A stretch of 34,703 bases of DNA, taken from assembly GCA_049970495.1 (NCBI GenBank), contig JBMFMV010000011.1, positions 1 through 34,703 on the forward strand, read 5' to 3'. Source of the stretch: a bacterium (GTDB taxonomy: Bacteria; DUMJ01). Below the pieces are notes generated by a model, which saw only the letters and a list, made by a program, of their open reading frames with translations, searched no databases and was not told the origin of the DNA. Position 1 is the first letter of the stretch. Every line of letters begins with the position of its first letter. Positions 18,526-28,283 of this stretch are shown here, in pieces. The position numbers and the translations under genes are program-made.

Positions 18526-19809
18526 TTATCTCAAGATAGCTGGAGTACAGAGATACAGTTCTATACCGCCAATATTGTAGTAAAACTCTCCAAATAAGGC
18601 AATACTTGAATCTTTTGGTTTGTCTAGAATTATAAAGTAGTCTTCCTGAGATTTTTGAGCCTCTTTATAGTTCCATAGAGAATGGACAAAGTTCTTATAT
18701 TTCGAATCTGCATACCATACCCCTACTTTAGTTGGATTTATATTTGAGTTTAACATAAGCTTTATAGATGATTTGTTTTCTTCTATTTTCCAGTTTATCT
18801 TAGGAAATGGGATTTTCCCAGCTATGTATAGATAGAAGGCTGAGATATTTTTTATAACCCTTTCTCTATCCTCTAGGTAATGCCCTGAATTTGGCACATA
18901 GAGGATATAGTTTTCTCCAAGTAAGTCTTTTAGATATAAATTTATCGCATCTATAGCCCAATAAGCGTCATTAGAACCATTGATAATGAGTTTAGGGACT
19001 ATTATCCTCTCTCTATAAGAGTATGGATCTATAATAGATAAGATCTTTTCACCTATAGGCGTGTCTGCAAGTCTATCTAGGCCTAATTGGGTATAATCTC
19101 CTAATTGTGGACTAAAATCACCCCATATCTCCCTTTGATGTTCAAACTGAGCTTTTATATTAAGATTATCATAGACCATTGGAGCTATCCCCTGTACTCT
19201 ACCATCACAGGCTGCAGTAAGCCAAGTAGTCCATCCCCTTTTAGAAGCCCCGGTAACAACAAAACCTTCTAAATCTATGTTTAAATTCCTTTTTACAATC
19301 TCTTGAACAGCATCCATTGCCCTTATAGCGCCCTTTGTCATAGGGAGGAGTAAGGGCCAGTCATCTTTCTCTGTTTCTACAAATTTTGCAAGTGTATATG
19401 CTATTAAAGCATCCTCCCTTAGTCCACCAAAGAGAGGCTGATTAGGTATATCAAATAAGACTGTAGACACACAGCCTAATTTTTTAGAAAGCTCTTCTAT
19501 GTAAAGGGCTTCCTCCGATCCTTCTTTCCAACTCCCAGTTATATAGAGTATACCAACTTTAGGATTAACAAGTAATTTGGGGACACCTATAATAAGCCTA
19601 TGGGTCCAGATTATATCATTCCATTTCTGCGATGTTAATTCTACATTATAGATGATTATATCTACTTTCTTTTCTTCTGAGAGAATCTTCCAACTGTAAG
19701 AATCATCGGGTTTATTTACGTATTCTATAAGGGCTTGGCTATGGGATACTGATGAGGTAACAAGTATTGAAAGAAATACTAGGATTAATATTTTAAAGAA
19801 TCTTCGCAT
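18526..19809 (-). CDS. Secreted PhoPQ-activated pathogenicity-related (PqaA-like) alpha/beta hydrolase
   Basis: Signal peptide; LTSQKW, IPNQPL, EDALIA, LPMTK, GASKRGWTTW (nucleophile elbow), ND..W, VPNSGH. Confidence 0.85.
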   Translation of the reverse strand: MRRFFKILILVFLSILVTSSVSHSQALIEYVNKPDDSYSWKILSEEKKVDIIIYNVELTSQKWNDIIWTHRLIIGVPKLLVNPKVGILYITGSWKEGSEEALYIEELSKKLGCVSTVLFDIPNQPLFGGLREDALIAYTLAKFVETEKDDWPLLLPMTKGAIRAMDAVQEIVKRNLNIDLEGFVVTGASKRGWTTWLTAACDGRVQGIAPMVYDNLNIKAQFEHQREIWGDFSPQLGDYTQLGLDRLADTPIGEKILSIIDPYSYRERIIVPKLIINGSNDAYWAIDAINLYLKDLLGENYILYVPNSGHYLEDRERVIKNISAFYLYIAGKIPFPKINWKIEENKSSIKLMLNSNINPTKVGVWYADSKYKNFVHSLWNYKEAQKSQEDYFIILDKPKDSSIALFGEFYYNIGGIELYLCTPAILR

Positions 19810-20013
19810 AAAGCATCACCTCCACTATAATTATTATACACTAATAGTAAAGAAGCTGTACAACTTCACTCATAGTGACAAAAAGAAAAGCTTGCGGCTT
19901 CATTATAATAGCTAGATAAGTGATTACAAAGAGCGGGATCAATAAAGTAAATTTACTCTGGTAGGAACAGGTATCCTGCCAAACAATTATTTGATGCATT
20001 TAGTATTGATTTG

Positions 20014-20022
20014 TGCTAAAAT
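20014..20022 (+). promoter_or_regulatory. Putative extended -10 promoter upstream of the PilX-like gene
   Basis: TGCTAAAAT (TGn + 5/6 match to TATAAT) about 37 nt before ATG 20059. Confidence 0.35.
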
Positions 20023-20058
20023 TAATCTGTGAAAATTTTTATTAAGGGGATGAGGAAA

Positions 20059-21168
20059 ATGACCAAAGAAAAAGAGGGTATAGCCCTTATATTAGCAATA
20101 GTTTTTATGTTAGCTTTGACTATACTTTTAAGTGCAATTTTACTTTTGTCTACTCAGGAGATAAATGCTACTCAACTATATTTAGATGGTAATAAGGCTC
20201 TTTACTATGCAGAGGCAGGGGTAGAATATGCCCAGGCAAGGATATTGAATGGGGATAGTGTAGATGTAATAGTAAGAGATGTATTTTCTCATTTTGGAAA
20301 TAATATCATTAAATCTTTTTATATTGACACTTTAGGAAACTTATATAAGTTTACCTGTGAAGCCCAGTATAATAGAACTAAAAGGAAGGTAGTAAAGCAG
20401 ATAGAACTATTATATCCTGGACTTTGGGACAAGGTAATGGCAAGTGAAGGGAATATAGCGGTGAATGTAAACCAAGCCCAGGGAGGCAGATTAGTAATTG
20501 AGGGGAATATACATTCGAATGGTAATATTACTGCGAACGACCCAATAACTATCAATGGGAAAGTTAGTGTTGCTAAAGGTGGGTCAATAAGCAATAATAT
20601 CAATGCTACAGAAAAAATTACTGATGCACCCAGGCTTTCTTTCCCTATGATAGATTTTGATGAGTATAGAGCAAAGTCAAGTTATATCTTTTACAGTGAG
20701 ACTGATTTTGTTAATGCCCTTAAAAATGGAAGTATTGTTAAGAACTCTTCTGTGACTACCTTTGTATACATAGACGGAGACTTGCATTTGAGAAATTTAG
20801 AGGGTCTAGACATTTCTGGCCTCTGTATTACTGTCAATGGTGATATACATGTCAATAATACTAGGGATATGACTATAGATGGCGGTTCCAAGCTGGTTAC
20901 TCTTATATCAAAAAACTTAAAGTACAATAATGATGCTAAGATTACTTTTAAAAACTGTATAATTTATACGGAGCAGAATGTAAATTTTACTAATATGAAA
21001 GGAGATGTGTCTATAGAAGAAGGTGCTATATATGCTAAGACCGGTTACATAGGTTTAAATAATATAAAAAAGGAATTTAGAATAATAGGTGGGAATTTTA
21101 GCTATTCTAAGGTTGCCCATCTCTTTGATGTATATGAGGTTCGTCTTTGGTCTGACTCTGGTGTATAA
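20059..21168 (+). CDS. PilX/GspK-like minor pilin with a beta-rich (possibly beta-solenoid) C-terminal domain
   Basis: MTKEKEG/IALILAIVFMLALTILL (class III-like signal, no Glu5), then KALYYAEAGVEYA typical of PilX N-termini. The C-terminus is rich in N/I/G repeats (GNIHSNGNI, IDGDLHL, VNGDIHV). ATG 20059 has an RBS; the ORF track starts at GTG 20029. Confidence 0.7.
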   Translation: MTKEKEGIALILAIVFMLALTILLSAILLLSTQEINATQLYLDGNKALYYAEAGVEYAQARILNGDSVDVIVRDVFSHFGNNIIKSFYIDTLGNLYKFTCEAQYNRTKRKVVKQIELLYPGLWDKVMASEGNIAVNVNQAQGGRLVIEGNIHSNGNITANDPITINGKVSVAKGGSISNNINATEKITDAPRLSFPMIDFDEYRAKSSYIFYSETDFVNALKNGSIVKNSSVTTFVYIDGDLHLRNLEGLDISGLCITVNGDIHVNNTRDMTIDGGSKLVTLISKNLKYNNDAKITFKNCIIYTEQNVNFTNMKGDVSIEEGAIYAKTGYIGLNNIKKEFRIIGGNFSYSKVAHLFDVYEVRLWSDSGV

Positions 21169-21191
21169 AATATATTTTGGAGGGATGATAT

Positions 21192-23732
21192 TTGAAGGAG
21201 CTACTTAAGGATTTAAATCTTTCTTTTGGTTTAAGTAGTGAAGAGGCAAGTAAAAGGTTAAAGACTTATGGGTATAATGAATTACCTGAACCACCCAAAC
21301 CTACTATTTTAGCTCAATTCCTAGACCAATTTAAGAGTATGCTTGTCTTAATCCTTATTGCCGCTGCTATTATCTCTGCATTTTTTGGTGAACTCATAGA
21401 TACCTTAGTGATACTTGGTATAACAATTCTAAATGCCACCTTAGGAGTATTTCAACAGCGTAGAGCAGAATCTGCACTAGAGGCTGTTAAAAAACTTTCT
21501 AATCCAACAAGTAAAGTCTTAAGAAATGGAAAGGTTCAGACCATTCCTTCTAGAGAGATTATCCCAGGAGATGTCTTAATCTTAGAGGCAGGAGATAAGG
21601 TAAGCTGTGATGGGATATTAGTTGAAGCCTACGGTCTTATGGTTGACGAGTCGACACTTACTGGAGAGTCTGTCTCTATCGCTAAATCGCCTATATCCAG
21701 CGATGAGACCCCTACTGAAGAGAATATGGTATTTATGGGAACTATCGTTACAAAAGGAAGGGCAAAGATCTTGGTAACAAGTACCGGAGTTAATACAAAG
21801 TTAGGTCAAATAGCTTCTAAGATTAAGGAGGTAAAGAAAGATAAAACCCCTTTAGAAATCCAATTAGATGTCTTGGGCAAAGTTCTCGGATTAATATTTG
21901 TTGTAGTCTGTGGAATTATCCTTATTATGGGTCTTATAAGAGGGATGCCATTTCAAACAATGTTTCTTACTAGTATCAGCTTAGCAGTTGCTGCTATTCC
22001 TGAAGGCTTACCTGCTGTAGTGACTATAGTCTTAGCTCTTGGTGTGGCCGAGATGGCAAGAAGAAAGGCAGTAGTTAGGAATTTACCTGCGGTAGAGACT
22101 TTAGGCTCAGTTACCGTAATATGCACAGATAAAACAGGGACTCTTACTCAGAACCGTATGACATTGGTTGAGATATACACAGATGCAGTTCATATTACAG
22201 AAGAAAGTCTTAATATTTCTGTAGTTCCCTACGAGATTCAGAGGGCGATGGTCTTATGTAACGATGCTGAAAAAGACTCTGGAGACCCAACAGAAATAGC
22301 CCTTATCTCCTGGTTACCAGATGATATAATAAAAAGTTTAAGGTCTTCATATCCAAGAATTTATGAGGTTCCTTTTACCTCAGAGAGAAAACGGATGAGC
22401 ACTGTTCATAAATTTGATAACGAATATCTCATAATAAGCAAGGGTGCAGTTGAGGTTATACTTGACATATGCAACTACGAACTGGTAAAGGAGAATCGGA
22501 TTATCCCTTTGACAGAAACTAGAAAGTCTGCCATTCTCTCTGTTTCAGAAGGTCTTGCTTCTCAAGGTCTCAGGATACTAGCTATTGCTGAAGGAAGAAG
22601 AAGTAAAGCGCCGCAGAATGACGAAGAAGTGGAGAAAAATTTAATCTTTTTAGGACTTCTCTGTCTCAAAGACCCACTCAGACCTGAAGTTAAAGAGGCA
22701 GTAGAGAATTGTAGAAGAGCAGGTATAAGACCGGTAATGATTACTGGAGATCATCAGGTTACCGCTTATTCAATAGCCAAAGAGCTAGACTTCCCAGAAG
22801 GAAGAGTATTAACCAGTGGTGACCTTGCAAAGATCTCTGATGAAGAATTGGCGGAACGAATAGAAGAGGTAAGTGTATTTGCCCGAATAAATCCCTTGGA
22901 TAAGCTAAGAATAGTTGAGGCTTTTCAGAAAAAGCAAGAGGTTGTAGCAATGACAGGTGATGGGGTAAACGATGCCCCAGCACTAAAGAAATCAGACATA
23001 GGGGTAGCGATGGGACAAACAGGTACAGAAGTTGCTAAAGAGGCTAGCGACATGGTCCTTCTAGATGATAACTTTGCCACTCTAGTATCTGCTGTATTTC
23101 AGGGAAGGACAATATATGAGAACATAAGAAAGTTTGTTGTATATCTTCTCTCCTGCAATATAGGAGAGGTTCTTATTATGTTTGTAGCCATAATATTAGG
23201 TCATCCAGCTCCTCTATTACCTCTTCAGCTTCTATGGTTAAATCTTGTTACTGATAGTTTCCCTGCACTTGCAATAGGAATGGAGCCTGGAGAAACTGAG
23301 ATAATGTATAGGCCACCAAGAGGTAAGAGAGAACCACTACTTACAAATTATCATATGAGGATAATAATAACTCAGAGTATAGCAATCGCCTTTGCTACAC
23401 TTTTGAGTTTTCTTTTGGTATACAGGGGAGATAACCTTAGTGAAGCTAGGACAGTTGCCTATATGACACTAGTCATTTCGGAACTCATTAGGGTCTTTTC
23501 TGCTAGGTCTTTTGAAACTCCGATTTATAAGATAAATCTATTTACCAATAAATTTCTATTCTACTCTGTGCTTGGATCACTTGGGGCACTTTTTGCCTCG
23601 GTCTATATATCTCCCCTAGCTAGGATATTTAATAATATATCCCCTACTATCAGAGACTTAGATATAATTATTTCTTGTACATTTATCCCGTTTATCGTCT
23701 CTGAGATAGCAAAGTTTATTAGGAGGCCATAG
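21192..23732 (+). CDS. P-type cation (probably Ca2+) transporting ATPase, type IIA-like
   Basis: TGES, AAIPEGLP, DKTGTLT, KGA, MITGD, TGDGVNDAPALK, SCNIGE, WLNLVTD. Confidence 0.95.
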   Translation: MKELLKDLNLSFGLSSEEASKRLKTYGYNELPEPPKPTILAQFLDQFKSMLVLILIAAAIISAFFGELIDTLVILGITILNATLGVFQQRRAESALEAVKKLSNPTSKVLRNGKVQTIPSREIIPGDVLILEAGDKVSCDGILVEAYGLMVDESTLTGESVSIAKSPISSDETPTEENMVFMGTIVTKGRAKILVTSTGVNTKLGQIASKIKEVKKDKTPLEIQLDVLGKVLGLIFVVVCGIILIMGLIRGMPFQTMFLTSISLAVAAIPEGLPAVVTIVLALGVAEMARRKAVVRNLPAVETLGSVTVICTDKTGTLTQNRMTLVEIYTDAVHITEESLNISVVPYEIQRAMVLCNDAEKDSGDPTEIALISWLPDDIIKSLRSSYPRIYEVPFTSERKRMSTVHKFDNEYLIISKGAVEVILDICNYELVKENRIIPLTETRKSAILSVSEGLASQGLRILAIAEGRRSKAPQNDEEVEKNLIFLGLLCLKDPLRPEVKEAVENCRRAGIRPVMITGDHQVTAYSIAKELDFPEGRVLTSGDLAKISDEELAERIEEVSVFARINPLDKLRIVEAFQKKQEVVAMTGDGVNDAPALKKSDIGVAMGQTGTEVAKEASDMVLLDDNFATLVSAVFQGRTIYENIRKFVVYLLSCNIGEVLIMFVAIILGHPAPLLPLQLLWLNLVTDSFPALAIGMEPGETEIMYRPPRGKREPLLTNYHMRIIITQSIAIAFATLLSFLLVYRGDNLSEARTVAYMTLVISELIRVFSARSFETPIYKINLFTNKFLFYSVLGSLGALFASVYISPLARIFNNISPTIRDLDIIISCTFIPFIVSEIAKFIRRP

Positions 23733-23734
23733 GA

Positions 23735-24685
23735 ATGCAGAGCTTTTCTACTAGAGAAATAGCTGAAGCCGGACTTATGACCGCTATTATGGTCATCCTT
23801 GGATTGGGAGCATCATATATCCCAGTGATAGGAATTTTTATAAGTTTTCTCTTTCCTGTTCCTCTAGTAATACTTTCTATTAGACACTCACTAAGGACAG
23901 GTATAATGGCTCTTATAGTAGCAGGAATTATCCTTATCTTTTTTACCGAACCTCTCTACGGTATAGGTTTTTCTGCAAGTTTTGGTTCTATTGGTTTAGT
24001 CTTTGGATATATGATAAAAAGTAGAAAGAATCCAAACAGTATTATCCTTTGGGGAGCCTTAGCCTTCTTGTGTGGAGTAATACTTATAGCTTTTCTTTCA
24101 TTTATAATTATGGGGATAAATACCTTTGATTTATACTTTAAGATGTACCAGGAGAGCTTCCCCACGGTTATAGATATGTATAAACGTCTTGGGTTACCCA
24201 CTGATCAGTTAGAGGCTCTCAGTAAAAATTGGCAGGAGATTATGAAGTTTATAAAGCAGGCTCTTCCTAGTATGCTTCTTGTTGGGGGTGTCATAATATC
24301 ATCTGCTAATTATTGGGTAGTCTATCAAGTCTTAAAGAGGATAAAGATAGATATTCCATCCATATCTCTATCCAATCTTAGGCTTCCTCCTATAACAGTA
24401 TTGGGATTTCTCCTTGCATTTATAATTACTGCCATTGGTATAAAAGATCCAAAAAGTCTAGCTTATAATATTGGTATAAATCTTCAGGTTATCTTTAGTG
24501 TCCTTTTCTTATTTAACGGTCTTTTAGTAGTAAACTCCTGGCTATCAAAGTGGGGACTGTTGAAAGTTGCCAAGATAGTGCTTTTGGTATTTATCATCTT
24601 TCAACCTTTCCTTTCTCAGTTAGTAGTTTGGATAGGTATGTTTGATGCCATCTTTAGATTTAGAAAGACAGAAGAAAACACCTAG
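23735..24685 (+). CDS. YybS/DUF2232-family membrane protein
   Basis: STREIAEAGLMTAI..PVIG..PVPL..RH N-terminus; multi-pass; IGMFD..FRFRK C-terminus. Confidence 0.8.
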   Translation: MQSFSTREIAEAGLMTAIMVILGLGASYIPVIGIFISFLFPVPLVILSIRHSLRTGIMALIVAGIILIFFTEPLYGIGFSASFGSIGLVFGYMIKSRKNPNSIILWGALAFLCGVILIAFLSFIIMGINTFDLYFKMYQESFPTVIDMYKRLGLPTDQLEALSKNWQEIMKFIKQALPSMLLVGGVIISSANYWVVYQVLKRIKIDIPSISLSNLRLPPITVLGFLLAFIITAIGIKDPKSLAYNIGINLQVIFSVLFLFNGLLVVNSWLSKWGLLKVAKIVLLVFIIFQPFLSQLVVWIGMFDAIFRFRKTEENT

Positions 24686-24710
24686 ATAAACATAGAAGGG
24701 GAGAGGACCT

Positions 24711-25658
24711 ATGAAGTATAATTCGTTAAAAGATAAAAAAATTGTTGTTATTTCTGGTTGGATTTCAAGGGAAAGAGATGTCTCTTTAAGGTCTGGTAAA
24801 AAGATATATGAGGCTCTGCTGAAGAAAGGATATGATGTTACACTAGTTGATCCTAAGATGGAAGGGTTGGAACCCGTATTAAAAGGAGACATAGTTTTTA
24901 TAGCCTTACACGGGAAACCGGGGGAGGATGGCACCATTCAAGGTTTTTTGGAGACGTTCAACATACCGTATACAGGTTCAGGAGTCCTAGCCTCATCTCT
25001 TGCTATGAATAAGGTTGCTAGCAAGAAGATATTCATAGCCTCTAGAATACCTACCCCTAAGTTTATAACTCTAGAGGATTCAGAAAGTATAGACAGTTTC
25101 ATCTCCAGAGCTATTGATGAGATTGGTATACCATTAGTAGTAAAACCTGTCTCCGAAGGCTCAAGTATAGGTGTAAGCATAATAAAAGATGAAAAAGATT
25201 TAGAACCAGTAGTAAGGGATACAGTAGATAAATTTAATGATATCTTTATAGAGAAATATATAGAGGGTAGGGAGATAACAGTGGGTATTTTAGAAATAGA
25301 TGGAAGACTTACCGCTTTACCTATCTTAGAACTTGTTCCTAAAAAGGAGTTCTACGATTATACTGCCAAATATACCTCCGGGATGACAGATTTTATAATC
25401 CCGGCAAGGATGAAGGACGAGAAATATAAGTTAGCTCAAGAATTAGCCCTAAAGGCACATAAGGCTTTGGGGTGTGTTGGTTTTTCTAGAGTAGATCTAG
25501 TTACAGATAGAGATGATAATCCATATGTCCTTGAGGTGAATACTATCCCAGGTATGACAGACCTGAGTGATTTACCTGCTATGGCTAGGGCATATGGGAT
25601 AGAGTATGAAGATTTGGTAGAGATTATGTTATACTCTGCATTATTAGATAAAAAGTAA
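24711..25658 (+). CDS. ddl: D-alanine--D-alanine ligase
   Basis: SRERDVSLRSG, ALHGKPGEDGTIQG, PYTGSG, VKP..EGSSIG, FYDYTAKY, LEVNTIPGMT. Confidence 0.96.
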   Translation: MKYNSLKDKKIVVISGWISRERDVSLRSGKKIYEALLKKGYDVTLVDPKMEGLEPVLKGDIVFIALHGKPGEDGTIQGFLETFNIPYTGSGVLASSLAMNKVASKKIFIASRIPTPKFITLEDSESIDSFISRAIDEIGIPLVVKPVSEGSSIGVSIIKDEKDLEPVVRDTVDKFNDIFIEKYIEGREITVGILEIDGRLTALPILELVPKKEFYDYTAKYTSGMTDFIIPARMKDEKYKLAQELALKAHKALGCVGFSRVDLVTDRDDNPYVLEVNTIPGMTDLSDLPAMARAYGIEYEDLVEIMLYSALLDKK

Positions 25659-25673
25659 AAGGGGTGATAAGAT

Positions 25674-26354
25674 ATGAAACGCTCTGAAATAAATAAAATT
25701 TTAAAAGAATCTATCTCTTTTATTGAGAAGATGAATTTTCATCTTCCTCCCTTTGCACATTGGACCCCTGAAGACTGGAAGGATAAAGGGGAGGAGTATG
25801 ATGAGATAAGGGATAATATGCTAGGTTGGGATATAACCGACTTTGGTAAAGGAGATTTTTATAGAGAAGGCCTAGTTTTATTTACTATAAGAAATGGCAA
25901 CTTGAATATAAAAAAGTATATAAAGCCCTATGCGGAAAAGATTCTCATAGTTAGAGAAGAACAGATTACACCTTTTCATTTCCACTGGAGCAAGATGGAG
26001 GATATTATAAACCGCGGGGGAGGAAATATCTTAATACAACTATACAATTCAACAGAAGACGGAGGACTTGCTGATACACCTATCCATATTTCCATGGATG
26101 GAAGAAACTATACCGCTCCTGCAGGAACAATTGTAAGATTGACCCCTGGAGAGAGTATAACACTATTTCCGAAGGTATACCATAAATTCTGGGGGGAAAA
26201 GGGAACCGGCTTTACCCTCCTAGGAGAAGTATCTTCTGTAAATGATGATAATATAGATAATAGATTTTTAGAGCCAATAGGTAGATTCCCAGAGATAGAG
26301 GAAGATGAACCGCCCTTTAGGCTGTTAGTGATAGACTATAGGAAAGGAGAATAG
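25674..26354 (+). CDS. D-lyxose/D-mannose isomerase-family cupin (DUF1498-type)
   Basis: MKRSEIN, LPPFA.W, LGWDITDFG, YAEK, TPFHFHWSKMEDIINRGGG, PGESITL, YHKFWG, GEVSSVNDD. Confidence 0.88.
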   Translation: MKRSEINKILKESISFIEKMNFHLPPFAHWTPEDWKDKGEEYDEIRDNMLGWDITDFGKGDFYREGLVLFTIRNGNLNIKKYIKPYAEKILIVREEQITPFHFHWSKMEDIINRGGGNILIQLYNSTEDGGLADTPIHISMDGRNYTAPAGTIVRLTPGESITLFPKVYHKFWGEKGTGFTLLGEVSSVNDDNIDNRFLEPIGRFPEIEEDEPPFRLLVIDYRKGE

Positions 26355-26357
26355 GCT

Positions 26358-27263
26358 ATGGAAGAAGTGAATGAAATAATGAATAAGGCATGGAAACTTG
26401 GAATCCTCATTCCTGCTTTTAATGCAGCTTATCTTCCTATGGTAAAGACGATAGTCGATACCTTAAAAGAGGAAAGGACATTTGGGTTGGTTGAGGTTTC
26501 TCGCCCTGATGTAGAAAAATTTGGAGCTAAGAGCTTTGCTAGTGTAGCTGAGGAATTCTATAAATATGCTGATTTTTATTATACCAGACTTCATCTTGAC
26601 CATATTCCTGTCATAGACGAAGATGGTAATCTAGTCGATTGGGAAAAACTTATAAAAGAGGGGATAGAGCTTGGATATCATTCTGTGATGATTGACGGTT
26701 CTAGACTTCCGTTAGAAGAGAATATAGCCTGCACCAAAAGGGTTATAGAAATGGCACACCCTAGAGGTGTTCCCGTTGAGGCAGAGCTTGGGGCAGTATT
26801 CGGGCACGAAAAGGGGCCCCTTCCTCCATACGAGGAGCTCTTTATTTCTAAAAAGGGGTTTACATCTGTTGAGTCAGCTAAAATCTTTGTAAAAGAGACT
26901 AATGTCGACTGGCTCTCTGTAGCTATAGGAAATATACATGGTGCAATATCAGGTGTGGCAAAGGATCAAAAGAAGATATCTGCAAGACTTGATATAGAGC
27001 ATCTAAAAAGATTAAAAGAAGTCACTCAAAGACCGCTAGTTCTTCATGGAGGCTCAGGTATAAAAATAGAGTATCTAAGACTGGCTATAGAGAACGGAAT
27101 AACAAAGATTAATATTGGTACAGAAATAAGACAGGCATATGAGAAGGGACTAAAAGAGAGTAACAACGATATAGGTTTTGCCTGTAGTAAAGTTGCAGAC
27201 AAAATAAGAGAGCTTATAGAGTTATATGGAATTAAAAATAGTGTAGATAAACTATATGCTTAG
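26358..27263 (+). CDS. Class II ketose-(bis)phosphate aldolase (Fba/GatY family)
   Basis: PAFN, LHLDH, SVMIDGS, VEAELG, VAIGNIHG, LVLHGGSG, KINIGT. Confidence 0.9.
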   Translation: MEEVNEIMNKAWKLGILIPAFNAAYLPMVKTIVDTLKEERTFGLVEVSRPDVEKFGAKSFASVAEEFYKYADFYYTRLHLDHIPVIDEDGNLVDWEKLIKEGIELGYHSVMIDGSRLPLEENIACTKRVIEMAHPRGVPVEAELGAVFGHEKGPLPPYEELFISKKGFTSVESAKIFVKETNVDWLSVAIGNIHGAISGVAKDQKKISARLDIEHLKRLKEVTQRPLVLHGGSGIKIEYLRLAIENGITKINIGTEIRQAYEKGLKESNNDIGFACSKVADKIRELIELYGIKNSVDKLYA

Positions 27264-28274
27264 GACAACCTTTAATAGAGTGCTATCCTTCTGAGCCAAT
27301 TCTTTAAAGACTTTTGGTCCCTCATCTAAAGGTACTACTTTGCTAAGCATCTTATCAATATCAATTTTCTCTAAAAGACTTATCGACTCTTTAAATTCCC
27401 ATAATGTATAAGTATAGGTCCCTAGAATCCTTAATTCTCTAGTTACTATGTTCTGCATATCTATAGTGATGTTTTTCATGGAGTTTCCAACAAATACACA
27501 AGTTCCTCTATTTTTTATTATTCTAAGTGCCTGATTTACCGTTGTCTCTAAGCCAACTGCTTCAAACGCTAGGTCTATACCGCTAGGGAGAGATTTAGAT
27601 ACAGATTCTTTTATATCCTCTTTGTTAGGATTTAATACTAGGTCAGCCCCAAGTTTTCTAGCTATTCCAAGTCTTTTCTCATTTATATCAGTAATTACGA
27701 CTGTCCTTGCTCCGCCTAGTTTTACAATCTGGAGTATTAGAAGTCCTATAGTTCCAGCCCCAACTATTAATATATTTCGATTTAGAATATCTCCAGCCGT
27801 CTTTACTGCTCTATAGGCTACTGAGAGTGGCTCTAGAAAGGTGCCTCTAATAAAATCTATGTTCTCAGGTAATTTCAAGATATTTTCCTTAGGAACCCCT
27901 ACATATTCAGCCATAGCCCCATTCACATTCATAACACCAAAGATCGTTCTGCTCACACAAAGATTTGTCAATCCAATCTTACAGAATTCACATTTACCAC
28001 AGAACCTCGCCGGATAAACAACTACCCTGTCTCCTATGGAGATATCCTCTACCCCTTCTGCTACAGAGGATACTACTCCCGTAAATTCATGCCCCATAAC
28101 CATAGGAGGAATGCGTCTACCGGTTATGCCTAAATATCCGTGTACATCAGAACCACAAATACCACAAGCCTTTACCTTAACAAGGATTTCATCCTTATTA
28201 ATCTCTGGTTCTTCTATCTCTGAGATTCTTATATCCTGAGGTCCATAATACACTAAAGCCTTCACAATTTTCAC
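27252..28274 (-). CDS. Zn-dependent polyol(-phosphate) dehydrogenase (galactitol-1-P/sorbitol dehydrogenase-like)
   Basis: CGICGSDVH, MGHEF, CGKCEFC..NLC, EPLSVA, GAGTIG. Confidence 0.88.
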   Translation of the reverse strand: MKIVKALVYYGPQDIRISEIEEPEINKDEILVKVKACGICGSDVHGYLGITGRRIPPMVMGHEFTGVVSSVAEGVEDISIGDRVVVYPARFCGKCEFCKIGLTNLCVSRTIFGVMNVNGAMAEYVGVPKENILKLPENIDFIRGTFLEPLSVAYRAVKTAGDILNRNILIVGAGTIGLLILQIVKLGGARTVVITDINEKRLGIARKLGADLVLNPNKEDIKESVSKSLPSGIDLAFEAVGLETTVNQALRIIKNRGTCVFVGNSMKNITIDMQNIVTRELRILGTYTYTLWEFKESISLLEKIDIDKMLSKVVPLDEGPKVFKELAQKDSTLLKVVLSI

Positions 28275-28283
28275 CTACCTTAT

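Noticed and set aside
20029..20058. GTG start at 20029 for the PilX-like gene
   Set aside because: It has no RBS and lies just after the putative -10. ATG 20059 has a purine-rich RBS and gives a normal short prepilin leader.
19810..20058. c-di-GMP riboswitch or sigma54 promoter upstream of the pilin-like gene
   Set aside because: The conserved riboswitch cores were not found, and the TGGCAGG on the minus strand lacks the GC at -12.
24711..25658. Van-type D-Ala-D-Lac ligase
   Set aside because: The omega loop reads FYDYTAKY like ordinary D-Ala-D-Ala ligases, and there are no vanH/vanX-like neighbours.
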